64,000 nt of DNA from Zygnema circumcarinatum SAG 698-1b (lineage: Eukaryota; Plantae; Zygnematophyceae): positions 1,736,001 to 1,800,000 of the forward strand of contig CM074821.1 of assembly GCA_037447605.1 (NCBI GenBank). The letters run 5' to 3'. Under the pieces are notes generated by a model. It made no database searches and was not told the origin of the DNA. It worked only from the letters and a program-made list of their open reading frames with translations. Shown here piece after piece: positions 29,892 to 41,817 of the stretch. The position numbers and the translations under genes are program-made. The number at the start of each line of letters is the position of its first letter. Positions within the stretch are counted from its first letter, which is position 1.

Positions 29892-32800
29892 ATGGTGCAC
29901 CGCCGCCTCATGTCACGTCTCCTCCCTCCCTCCCTCCGCTCTCGCTCCTCCCTCCTCCTCCTCTCCCTCCTCTCTCTTTCTCTCCTCCACTCCTACCACT
30001 CTTTCTTCCCTGTCTCACACCCCTCCCGCAGCCTTCCCCACTCTTACATCCTCCGAGAAGACGGATCCATGGCGGAGGTTGTAGAGGAGGAGGGAGTCAT
30101 CTCAAGCGGTGGAAGAGGAAGGGGGGAGGGAGAGGGAGGGAGAGAGAAGGAGATGGTTCAGGGGGAGGGAGGGTTTTTCCGGCCGGGAAGGCCGTGGTAT
30201 GATACGGAGGGCGTCCCCATAGAGGCACATGGGGGGGGTGTGCTCGTAGACGAAAGGAGGGGGCTCTATTACTGGTACGGAGAGAACAAGGGCGGGGACA
30301 CCTATGTGAAGAACGGCTCGCTCGCAAGGGTGAGTGGGAGTGAGGGAATGGAGAGGAAGAGGGAGAGGGGGAGGAAGAGTCAGAGAGCGGGAAAGGGAAC
30401 GAGAGGGGGAGAGGGAGAGGGAGGGACAGGCTGGGAGGGAAGAAGGAGAGGGAGAGAGAGGAGAGAGGAAAATGGGGGGGAAGGAGGAGGGGCGGGAGAG
30501 CGAGGCAGAGAGAGAAGGAGAGAGGGAGGAGGAAAGGAGAGGGAGAGGACGAGAGAGGACTGGGGAGAGAGGGAATGCGGGAGGGGGAGAGAGAGAGCGA
30601 GAGAAAAAGCGAGGGGTGTGGGAGGAGGGGCGGGAAAGAGGGAGTGGGAAGGGGAGATGGAGGGAGGCCGGGAGAGAGGGAGAGAGAGAGGGAGCGAAAG
30701 GGATGGGAGATAGAGGGGGTGGGGGAGAGCGGGAGAGTTGGGGAGGGGGGAAACACAGAGAGGGAGAAGTTGCAGATTCCTTTTTTCCACATTCCTCTCT
30801 CCTATTTCAGTCACCCCAACCCTAACTCCGTGATTTCCCCTCATTCATCAAACTTATTTTCATTTCTTCCCTTTTCTTTTTGCCTATTATATTCACAAAA
30901 GCCAGGTTGACTTTATTGGAATAAACTGCTACGAATCCCGCGATTTAATTTCTTGGAAGAATCTCGGTTTGGTCCTTAAGGCGGAGCAAGACGACCCTGA
31001 AAATGATTTGCACCCCTCAAAAGTGGTGGAACGCCCAAAAGTAATTTTTAATAATCGCACACAAACTTATGTGATGTGGATGCACGTCGATAATTTCACA
31101 TATGAGCTCGCATCGGTCGGTGTGGCGGTAAGCGCAAGTCCGGGCGGCCCATTTAAGGTGAGTGTACGGAAACCCCCATGGCTGAGTCAAGACTGATTGG
31201 TCTCTCTCGCTCCCTCTCCCACTGCCTATCCCTCTTTCCCTCTCTCCTCCCCTCTCCTCCTCCCTCTCCTCCCCTCTTCGCCACTTCCCCCAAACCCCCT
31301 TCTCTTCCTCCCTCACCTCCCCTCTCCGCCACTCGCCCCAACCCCCCCCTCTCCTCCTCCCTCTCCTCCCTCTCCCCTCTCCTCCTCCCTCTCCTCCTCT
31401 CTCCGCCACTCCCCCAACCCCCCCTCTCCTCCTCCCTCTCCTCCCCTCTCCTCCTCCCTCTCCTCCCCTCTCCGCCACTTCCCCCAACCCCCCCTCTCCT
31501 CCTCCCTCTCCTCCCTCTCCTCCCTCTCCTCCCCTCTCCGCCACTTCCCCCAACCCCCCCTCTCCTCCTCCCTCTCCTCCCTCTCCTCCCTCTCCTCCGC
31601 CACTTCCCCCAACCCCCCCTCTCCTCCTCCCTCTCCTCCCTCTCCTCCCTCTCCTCCCCTCTCCGCCACTTCCCCCAACCCCCCCTCTCCTCCTCCCTCT
31701 CCTCCCTCTCCTCCCTCTCCTCCCCTCTCCGCCACTTCCCCAACCCCCTCTCCTCCTCCCTCTCCTCCCTCTCCTCCCTCCTCCGCCACTTCCCCAACCC
31801 CCCTCTCCTCCTCCCTCTCCTCCCTCTCCTCCCTCTCCTCCCTCTCCACCACTTCCCCAACCCCCCACTCCTCCTCCCTCTCCTCCCTCTCCTCCCTCTC
31901 ACTCCCCTCTCCGCCACTCCCCCAACTCCCCTTCTCCTCCTCCTCTCCTCCCTCTCCTCCCTCTCCTCCCTCTCCGCCACTCCCCCAACTCCCTTCTCCT
32001 CCTCCCTCTCCTCCCTCTCCTCCTCTCCTCCCTCTCTCCTCCTCCCTCTCTCCTCCTCCCTCTCCTCCCTCCTCCCTCTCCTCCCTCTCCGCCACTCCCC
32101 CAACTCCCCTTCTCCTCCTCCCTCTCCTCCCTCTCCTCCCTCTCCTCCCCTCTCCGCCACTCCCCCCAACTCCCCTTCTCCTCCTCCCTCTCCTCCCTCT
32201 CCTCCCTCTCCTCCCTCTCCTCCACTCTCCGCCACTCCCCCTCCTCCCCCCCCCGCTCTCCCTCTCAAACCTCAGTACATTACAGGACATTGTTTCTGCA
32301 AGCATCTTCGAGAATCTCTGACTTCGTTGACTTCTTCCTTGTCAGTATCTGGGAAGGTTCCGGCCGCACGGGTACGAGAGCCGCGATTTGACCCTCTTCA
32401 AGGACGAGGACGCGGCGGCCTACGTGGCGTACTCCTCCGAAGACAACAAAGTGCTGCACGTGGGACCCCTCGCAGAGGACTATCGCGCTCCTTTGGGACC
32501 CATGAAACGAATCTTTGTTCAACAAGAAAGGGAGGCTCCGGCCATCTTCAAGCACAAAAAAGTGGGGTTCCAAACATCCTAATTTCAAAATAGGATTTTT
32601 TTATGATTTATTTAAAAATTATGGGTTTTTTTCATTTTTTATTGGGGTTTGATCGCAGCTGTATTACATGATCACGTCGGGCTGCACCGGATGGAAACCG
32701 AACCAAGCGATGGTACATGTGGCCAGTTCCGTCATGGGCGACTGGCACACAATCGGCGATCCATGCACGGGCGGCAGTTACGCATTCCGTAGAACTACGT

Positions 32801-33075
32801 TCAACGCACAGGGAACCTTCGTGTTTCCCGTAATTGGGTCTCCGGGAATGTACATTTTCATGGCGGACAGATGGAACCCGAAAAATCTGAAAAGTTCTCA
32901 GTACGTTTGGCTGCCGCTCTTTGCGGAGGAGCCGCAGGGGAGGGAGCCCGTTGGGCTGTTGGCGGTGGCGGAGGCGGAACTGGGGGCATGGAACAGCGTT
33001 ACCATAGAATGGCAGGACCAGTGGCGGCTGCCAACCATTGGGTTAAACAAGAGGAGGGCCGGAAAATGGCTGTGA
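29892..33075 (+). CDS. Glycoside hydrolase family 43 (plant GH43, exo-beta-1,3-galactanase-like) with N-terminal signal anchor, 440 aa, 4 exons
   Basis: Exons 29892-30329, 30906-31157, 32346-32561, 32659-33075. Motifs: WYDTEGVPIEAHGGG, YYWYGE, VVERPKVIFN, YVMWMHVD, ESRDLTLFKD, REAPAIFK, YYMITSGCTGWKPN, MADRWNP, YVWLP. Confidence 0.92.
31290..32250. repeat. CT-rich minisatellite (~55-60-bp unit containing ctccgccactYccccaac) filling GH43 intron 2
   Basis: The ccgccactYccc...aac anchor recurs about every 45-70 bp, roughly 15 times. Confidence 0.85.
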
Positions 33076-33938
33076 TTGGGGGGGGGGGGGGGGGGGGGGG
33101 GGNNNNNNNNNNGGGAATAGGTTCGTTATTTTAATGTAAAGTTTTTGTTTTGAATTTAAATTTGTTTTTTCTCTCTTTTTCCGATGTAAATATGTATATA
33201 CATTCGCGGTGGAGAAGGTGAAGGCCTACTGCAGCCTTGACCTTGTTCCATGTGACTTGGGAGCAGTTGTGTGTGACGGAACTGATAGATTCCATGGGCG
33301 GTGCACAGTTCCTCCCTCCCAAGTCTACATTATCCGTATCGTGAGAATATATTGGCTATATATTCGATATATATATCGGAATATGTCGGTGTCAACTTAT
33401 ATTAGTGGGACGATGGGCACGTGTGACGCAACAGCGTCACACGTGCGAGCCTCACGCTGGACTTGGGAACTCAATTCTACTGCCATACATGTGGCGCAAC
33501 TTACAACTAACGATAAACAACTAATAACTAACTACTAACTAAGTAATAACAGCGTCACATGTGGCCCCCTCCGTTTAGCGTGAAATTGTTGGGCTTTACG
33601 GGTTTTCCCGTTGAACGGGGCGTGGAATGCAGAAGAACATGGAACAGCGGCCCAAAGGAGGTGTGGGCTCACCGTAGAGTTAGGGAAATTTCTTAGGGCC
33701 GTGGTCCGTTGACGGCGGGGTTCCATGGAGCGTTTTAGCGCTCTGCATAACGTGTTGCCAGGTTCTGTGCACCGGCTGCAGCGAGGCTCCCCCCCTCCCC
33801 ACCGTCGATCGCCACGATCGGAATTGCTGCAGCTCCCCGCCCCCCGGCCGCCCACCCGCCCTGCAGCGTCCTCCCAGGTACGGCGCAGCGCCCGAGCGTT
33901 CGACGCCGGCCGAGCGCGCGGTCACCGCGGTGCCGATT

Positions 33939-34016
33939 GCCACGTAGATGCCACGGTGGCGCCACGTCTGCCACGTCGATTCCACGTCTACATGTCCATC
34001 CACGTCGGCGCCACGT
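33939..34016. promoter_or_regulatory. Dense cluster of CCACGT (ABRE/G-box-like) motifs
   Basis: GCCACGT at 33939, 33961, 33970, 34010; TCCACGT at 33981, 33999; GCCACGG at 33950. Target gene unknown; could be the interior of a transposon. Confidence 0.45.
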
Positions 34017-34169
34017 CATTTAAAACCACTGAAATTGAACTTCGGGTGTGCTCGCCGCCGCTTGCCCACNNNNNNNNNNNNNNNNNNNNNNNNNNNNNNN
34101 NNNNNNNNNNNNNNNNNNNNNNNNNNNNNNNNNNNNNNNNNNNNNNNNNNNNNNNNNNNNNNNNNNNNN

Positions 34170-34472
34170 AGATACGGCTACAGTATGAATGTGGGAGGAA
34201 AAAATCCATATGATGGGTCTATGTATGACTTCATGAGTACGGATGTGGATGAAGCCGCAAGTTTCTTTTTGGATGTGCCTTCATCCATGGCGTCTTTAGA
34301 GGGGTTGGGTTCAGAGGAGGGTCTATTGGGAGGAGTCCCTCCTTCTAGGGAGGGAGAGGGAGAAGGAGAGGGAGGAGGGGGGGGAGGAGGAGGAGGAGGA
34401 GGAGAGTCACTGTTATTTACTTCCGGAAATGTGTTTAACGACATGACTTGGGAAACTATGATGGGACGATAA
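34170..34472 (+). CDS. Possible terminal coding segment of an unidentified gene, immediately after a 100-N gap
   Basis: Open frame RYGYSMNVGGKNPYDGSMYDFMSTDVDEAASFFLDVPSS...FTSGNVFNDMTWETMMGR* with protein-like composition; no family recognised. Confidence 0.3.
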   Translation, partial: RYGYSMNVGGKNPYDGSMYDFMSTDVDEAASFFLDVPSSMASLEGLGSEEGLLGGVPPSREGEGEGEGGGGGGGGGGGESLLFTSGNVFNDMTWETMMGR

Positions 34473-34665
34473 AGCCGCCCCCCCGTGAGAGAACCGTCAC
34501 ATAGAAACTGTCAATAGAAGGCAGTTCCGTTTAACGGTTACGGAACGGAACGGGAGAGAAACGGCGATGTTTGGGGGGGTGATGAGCTCCCCTGTTTTGC
34601 GGAACCTCATTTTGGGTGGGAGGATGGAGTATGTAGGAGGGAGAGAGAGAGGGGGAGAGAGAGAG

Positions 34666-34700
<35 letters not shown>

Positions 34701-36620
34701 GAGATATGAGGAGCTGAATATAAGGAGTTTTGTGGAATATGAGGCGTAAGAGGTTTGAGCTGCTGAAAGATGTAGGTCTGAGCTTTTGGTGTATTTGGAA
34801 ACGGAAATGAAAATTAGGGTTAAGCTTGGCAGCTTAGCGCGAGGAGAAGGGAAGAAGCTGCAGAGACTGAGAATTAGGGTTAAGTTCAACGGAACGGCTC
34901 AACGGAAAAGAAACGGAGAGGACGCAGTTTATATGTGTCATAAAAGTGAGTAAAAAAGCTTCTCCTAGGATGCGCGCTTGCATCAAATAGTTTTCAAATC
35001 TGCCCTCATTCCTAACAGAGGAGTTCCATGCTTCCAGTTTCGGCTTGTTTGTAATTTAAGCCGGCGGAGGCTCGCATGGAAATGCTTTTGGTAGTTGTAC
35101 GGAAATTTTCGGCGAGTATTTTCCGTTTCGGGAAAAGCGTCTTTTTTCTCAGCGATTGGGAGGAATTTAAGCGGGTTTGCGGCACTCCTGAAATGCGGCA
35201 ATGCAAAATCGTCGTCTGCTGAAAGTCAGGGTTTTGTTCTGATTAAAGGATAAGACAGAGGCTTGACGATTTAGGGTTAGGGTTAGGGTTAGGGATAGGG
35301 TTCAAGTTCTAGCCCATGAGGCGAGTTCTAAACTATGAAGAGGTTTTATTCTTGTTTTGTGCTTTTTAAAAATAGCCCTTGGCCTGTCGGCAGATGGGGT
35401 ATAAATGGGGTACAGTGTGCAGGCGGACGTACATCGATTCAGGTAGCCAGAGGTGACAGTTGGCTCAACTCCAATTTTGGAACTTGGAACGTTATGGAGC
35501 CGAGTGGCGGCCTTCACTCGCGTGTGGAGTATTGGACATGTGGCGAATGGTGCTTGCGATTTAGGGTTTTTGTGGTTTCATTTGATGGAGGGTTTAAGGT
35601 TTATGTGGGTTTGGATGGCGGAATTGGACATGAGGTACGGAATGATGGATGGTTGAAGGAAATGGTTGAGTATGACATCAATGGTGATGATCGTGGTCAT
35701 GGGCATGGTGGACATGCCACGGTTATGGTCATGGTCACGGTCACGATCACGGTGAAGGTCCTGGTCATGGTCATGGTTACCAATCTTTAAGTGTTGTATG
35801 ATGGTAATTTTCTGCAGGTTCATTCCTATGGCATGGGCATGGGCATGGGCATGGGCATGAGCATGGAGCATTGTGCTCAGACCCAACAATAGTGTACGAG
35901 TGCAAATGGTGCTCTTGGGAAAGAGACGTTCTATGGCTCGTAAAGCCGTCCAGGTGCAATTCTCCAACGAACTATAAATCGCGCATCAGACTCGACACGC
36001 TGTGCACGTAGCGAACGGCAGTAATTATAATAGAGGTGATGCCCACTAACAGTTACACAACAGAGTGTCAATTACGCAAATGGGGTGTGCCCGAAACGCG
36101 TAAAAGTGCGCACGTGGCAAGCCATTATTGGCAAATGGCCCGTTGAACTGACCGAGCACTATGCAGAAACCCGTAAAAGTGCCTGACCTTGAAAATCTGG
36201 CCGTGGTTTGCCACATGGCGTGATCTCATTCGCTGATGTCGCTGTACACGTGGCATATTCGACAGTAGACCCCTTCCTGCAGTTCCCTGATTGGCTCTGA
36301 CAGCCACGTGGCACGATTCCACTGGTTCACTAACCGTTCCTGGCCTCATTCCGATTGGTCGGTCGTCAGTCCGCGGCTTCTCATTGGCTGCTGCGCTCAC
36401 CGCACGTGCGAATCTGCTGCTCAGAAAATACCCAAACGGCTCTCTCGCAGATATTGCGGTACGGTACGCGGTACGAGGGAGAGAGGGAGACGGGGAGAGC
36501 GAGGGAAAAGGCGAGGAAGGGAGGAGAGAGGAGAGGGAGAGAGGGGGGAAGGGAGGGGGAGGGAGTGCGAGAGAGCGAGAGGGAGAGGGGAGGGAGAGAG
36601 AGAGAGAGAGGGAGAGAGGG

Positions 36621-39600
36621 ATGGAGACGGCGGGGGAGCCTCTGCTTCGCCCGCCTCCCAAGAAGCTGCCTCTGACCTGGGTCGACATCCTCGTCCAGTT
36701 CCGATGGCTCATCGTGGTGCCCGTCGTCCTCCCGATCTCCTTCCTCTTCGAGTGCTGGAAACGTTTCATAGACTTCCTCTCCGACCGCAAATCTTTCGCT
36801 CAGAAGGAGGCGGAGCACGCGGCGGCGGTGGAGAAGGTGCTCGCCCGCCTCCGTTCCCGCGATCCCTCCCGGGACGGGCTCGTCTGTACGGCGCGGCAGC
36901 CATGGCTGGCGGTCGCCATGCGGAACTCGGACTATAAGAGGGCGCGCCGCTTCGAGGTCGACCTCTCGTCTTTTCGGCAGATCCTGAACATCGACAAGGA
37001 GAACATGATCGCACGTGTGGAGCCTTACGTTTCCATGGGACAGCTGTCGGCAGTTACAGTTCCGTTAGGGCTCGCGCTGGAGGTCGTCCCCGAGCTCGAC
37101 GATCTGACCGTCGGCGGTTTGATCAACGGATACGGCATTGAGGGGAGTTCTCACATCTATGGATTGTTCCAAGACACAGTATCTGCTTACGAGATCGTTC
37201 TTTCCGACGGGGAGCTCGTGCGTGCAACGAAAGATAACGAGTATTCGGATCTGTTCTATGCCATTCCTTGGTCTCAGGGAACTTTGGGTCTCCTTGTGGC
37301 GGCGGAAATTCGCATGATCACTGTGAAGGAGTATATGAAGTGGAACTATAAGCCGGTTAGGGGCACTCTGCGGGAGCTGGCACAGGCTTACAGCGACTCC
37401 TTCATTCCAAGAGACGGTGATCAAGACAACCCCGATAAAGTACCTGACTTTGTCGAGGGGATGGTCTACAGCAAGACGGAGGGAGTGATGATGACCGGTC
37501 GCTACGCTTCCAAGGAGGAAGCGAAGCTTCCTGGAAATGTAATTAACGAATGTGGGTGGTGGTGGAAGCCATGGTTTTACCAGCACGCGGCAACCTCCCT
37601 TCAGAGAGGCGAATTTACTGAGTACATTCCTACGAGGCAATTCTATCACAGGCACACGAGGTCCCTCTATTGGGAGGGGAAGCTCATCCTCCCTTTCGCC
37701 GATCACATCATTTTCCGCGTCCTGTTGGGATGGATGATGCCTCCCAAGGTTTCCTTTTTGAAGTTCACTCAGGGGGAGGCCATTCGGAAGTACTACCACG
37801 AGCGGCACATGTGTCAGGACATGCTCGTTCCTGTCTACCGCGTGGGAGAGGCGCTCGAGCTCTCTGAGGAGGAGTATGAGGTGAGAGGGAAGGGGGAGTG
37901 GGGGTGGAAGAGGGGAGGGAGTGGGAGTGGGAGCGGGAGCGGGAGTGGGAGAGGGAGTGGGAGTGGGAGTGAACGTGGGAGAGGGAAGGGGGAGTGGGAG
38001 TAGGAGTGAGGGAGTGGGAGTGAACGTGGGAGAGGGAAGGGGGAGTGGGAGTAGGAGTGAGGGAGTGGGAGTGAACGTGGGAGAGGGAAGGGGGAGTGGG
38101 AGTGGGAGTGGGAGTGGGAGTGGGGTGGGCAGTGGGAGAGAGGGAGCAGGGGAGTCAGGAGGCAGGAGGTGAGGAGTGAGGTGGGAGTGGGAGGTGGGAA
38201 TTGGGAGTGGGAGTGGGAGTGGGAGTGGGAGTGGGAGTGGGAGTGGGAGTGGGAGTGGGAGTGGGAGCGGGAGGGGGAGTGGGAGTGGGAGTGCGGTTGG
38301 GTTTGTTGGAGTGCGGGATTCTGTGATTTTCAGGGTTTCGGGTTTTATTTCGAGGTTTGGATTTTGGGTGAACATTCGGGTTTTACGTTTCGGGTTGAGG
38401 CTGCTGGGTTCTGGTTTAGGGTTTCGGGTAATGCGGAGTTTTTTGAGATGTTGGGGTTCAGAGTTTTGGGGGTTCATGGGGTGTGGGGTCTTTAAAGACT
38501 TTTTCCGTTGTGGATGTTTGTTGGTTTGTTTACTATAGTTTTGGGGGTTTTAGTTTCGTGGTTTTCTAAGGTGACAACCTTTTTCTATGGATAAATGAGT
38601 CTGTGATAATATTTAGGGTTCTGAAAAAAGTATTGGAGGGTAGGCTTTAGGTTTTATGAGGTCTATGACGAGTTTCGATTATTGTCTTGACGGTTTAGGG
38701 ACTTATGAGAGTTCAAATTAAGGTGTTTTATTCGGGGCCTTTTTGGGTGAAAAGATTGGGGTTGGATCCCCTCTCCGTCTGCCTCTCCTTCTTATCTCTC
38801 TTAGAACCGCATCTTCTCTCCTCCCCCGCTCCTCCCTCTGCCTCAGTTTTCTCTTTCTGATTCCCAACCCCATCTATCTTTTCCTCACGCCCACTACTAC
38901 TGAGTCGTCCCTCGCCTTCTTGGTACCGCCGCCTCTCCTTCCCATCTCCTCTCCTCTCTCCCACACTCTCTCTCTGCCCTCCGTTGACACCCCCCCTTCA
39001 GTATTCTTCCTCTTTTCTCTGCTGTGGTGAATTCGCCTCTCCCGCCCTCCCCTTTCTCTCTGTATCTCCTCCTCCCCTCTCTCCCTGTCTCTTTCCGCAC
39101 ATTTTCCCACCTTTAACTTCTCTCTTCCCCCCATCTCTCCTTCCCTCCCCTCGCTATCTTTCCCTACCCCCCACTCTCTCTCCTGCTCTCTCTCTCCCCC
39201 CCTCCCCCCCCCCACCCCGCCCTTTACCACCTCCCCCCTCCCGCCTCCCACCCTCTTCCTCTCCCATCTCAATTCCTCACCTCCCCCCCCCCCTCGCCCC
39301 CCTCCCCCGCACTTCCTCTCCCATCATCTCAACCGCTCCCCTTTTCTCCCACCTCCCACCCCCTTCCTCTCCCCCCAGGTGTACCCCATCTGGCTGTGCC
39401 CCCACCGCGTGTTCAAGTACCCCTACCGCGCCATGATCAAGCCCGAGCCCGGCTACGAGCACTACCAGCGGCCTGGCGACACACCCTACGCGCAGATGTT
39501 CACGGACGTGGGCATTTACTACGCGCCGGGGCCCGTCCTCCGCCGCGAAGAGTACGACGGGGAGGGGGCCGTCGCGCGCATGGAGAAGTGGCTCATCGAG

Positions 39601-40222
39601 AGGCACTCCTTCCAGGTGGGTGGTCTCTTGATAAAGTAAATTGGTTGACTTTAACAAGGGTTAAACAAGATTTTTAACAAGCTTTAACAAGGCTGTTTGG
39701 GCTTCTTGTTTAAGTCAGTTCACTTTAGCGGGGATTGATAATTGGACCTCTTGCTTAAGTTGGTTGACTTTACCAAGGGTCGGTGAATGTTCCTCTTCTC
39801 AAGGTAATTTCAATTTACTTTCTCAAGAAATGTTGGATATGGCTGTTTGATACAGTAAAGTTAGTTGCCTTTAGAGAAGGTTGATGGCTAGTGTCAATTG
39901 ATAAAGTAAGGTTAGTTGACTTTTAGCGAGGGTTGATGAAGGTCCGAAGAAAGGTGGGGATACGAGGGTTTCATTTTTCTTTCTTTTTTTTTTTTGGTGG
40001 GTTTTTTTTATTTAGGCACTGTACGCTGTGACGGAGCTGAACGAGCGCGACTTTTGGAAGATGTTCGACGCAGACCTTTATGTGAAGTGCCGCGAAAAGT
40101 ACAAAGCGGTGGGCACCTTCATGGGGGTCTACTACAAGTCCAAGAAGGGGAAGAAAACGGAGGCGGAAGTCAGGGAAGAAGAGCAGAAAGTGAAGGACGT
40201 GGCCTTCGTGGAAACCGCATAG
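36621..40222 (+). CDS. DWF1: Delta(24)-sterol reductase DWARF1/DIMINUTO (FAD-dependent), 567 aa, 3 exons
   Basis: Exons 36621-37880, 39379-39615, 40016-40222. Motifs: [95 protein letters not shown]. Confidence 0.96.
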
Positions 40223-40939
40223 AGGGAGAGATAGAGAAGGTGGGTGGGTCAGAGGGAGGGAGGGGGAGAGAGAGGAGAAAGGGGAGAGGCGGGAGAGTGG
40301 GGGGGGGAGTGAAGGGAGAGGAAGTGTATGTGAGAGAGGGAGAGGAAGGCGGAGAGCGAGAGGTAGTAGGGCTGACAGAGAGGACGAGAGAGAGGGGGAA
40401 AGAGGAGGGGAGAAAGAGGAGAGGGAGGTAGGCGGAGGGGGAGGGGGAGGGCAGCGATAGAGAGAGAAGGTTAGTGGAGACACTGGGTTTTGGTGTGATT
40501 GGTTTTCAAGTTTTTAGGATAGGAAAGGAATTGAAAAATCCGTTCGACAAGAGATTCATTCACTGGAGGATTTCAGAAAAAATGTGGCGTGATGCAGGGG
40601 AGGGAGAGATAGAAGGGAGATATTTTTTGGAACTGAAAATCTTTTTCAATCACCTTCCCGGCAATTGCAGCGATTTTCTGTTCTTTGTAAACAATGTGAA
40701 ATCCGATTTTCATTCTAAAACCTTCTCGAAATGGTATGAAAGGACTCCAACTAAATAATTTTACTATTTTCTGGACCACGAATTCAAAAAAAAGAATTTG
40801 GGGATGGGGGGGAGAGGGAGAGGGAGAGGGAGAGGGGGGGAGGGAGGGGAAGAGAGGCCACATCTCACAGTCTCGCCCTTCCTTATGGATCCTTGTGGAC
40901 AAAACGGCAGGGTTTAGGATTCTTGAGGAAAAAGGTACA

Positions 40940-41758
40940 TTAAGGGTTTACATTGTTTGAGCTCCATTTTTCAGAGTCATCTTTGCTGTAAAGAACGCGC
41001 TGATTCTCCTTCAAGTGAAGATAGTCCACCTGCAACAAGAAATGTAAACAATCCTCTTTATTTTTAGACCGACGGAGAGAAGAGAGTGGGGATTGAAGAA
41101 GAAGAGCGGAGGGAAAAGAGAGAGAGGGAGAGAGGGAGAGGGAGGGACAGAGAGAGAGTGAAAGAGGGACCGAGAGATAGAGAGGGAGAGCGAAAGAGAG
41201 AGAAAGTGAGAAAGAAGTGAGAGCGAGAGAGAGAGAGAGAAGAGGGAGAGAGGGAGGGAGAGCGGGAGGGAGGGGCCTGACCTGTATGGGATCCAATGTG
41301 AGCAGAGCGAAGGTCGGAAGCGGCCCCGCATTTTCATTCATCAGATCTTTCGGAAAATTTTCTTCCGCTGCCCGGGGCTGCCCGGGCGGAGGATTTAAAT
41401 ATTGCGCTCTCTGCCGAGACGAAGTTTTGAGCCATGCCTCGTCTCTCATCTGTACCCCTCCCAAAAAAAAAAGGGGGAGCTGTTGCCCGAAAAAAAAAAA
41501 AAAGTATCTAAATCCGCAAAGTGGAGTTGGTGTATATATAACTTTACTATGTTTTGGAGCCTAGGCTCTAAATAGTGGGCTTAAATTTATAGATAGTTGG
41601 GGGAAGTGAGATGTTTGATTGAACAAACAAACATTGGGGGAAGAGGTGTATAGGTCTATAGACTATACGTATATATAGAATATAGTAGGTCTGTAGGTCT
41701 ATAGGTACCTATACCTATACCTATACCTATACCCATACCCATACCCATACCCATACCT

Positions 41759-41817
<59 letters not shown>

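Noticed and set aside
33131-33560. ORFs just after the GH43 stop and gap
   Set aside because: No recognisable homology on either strand; probably 3' UTR or intergenic.
36291-36620. N-terminal extension of the DWF1 ORF
   Set aside because: Starts at a non-ATG codon and crosses a GA tract; homology begins at ATG 36621.
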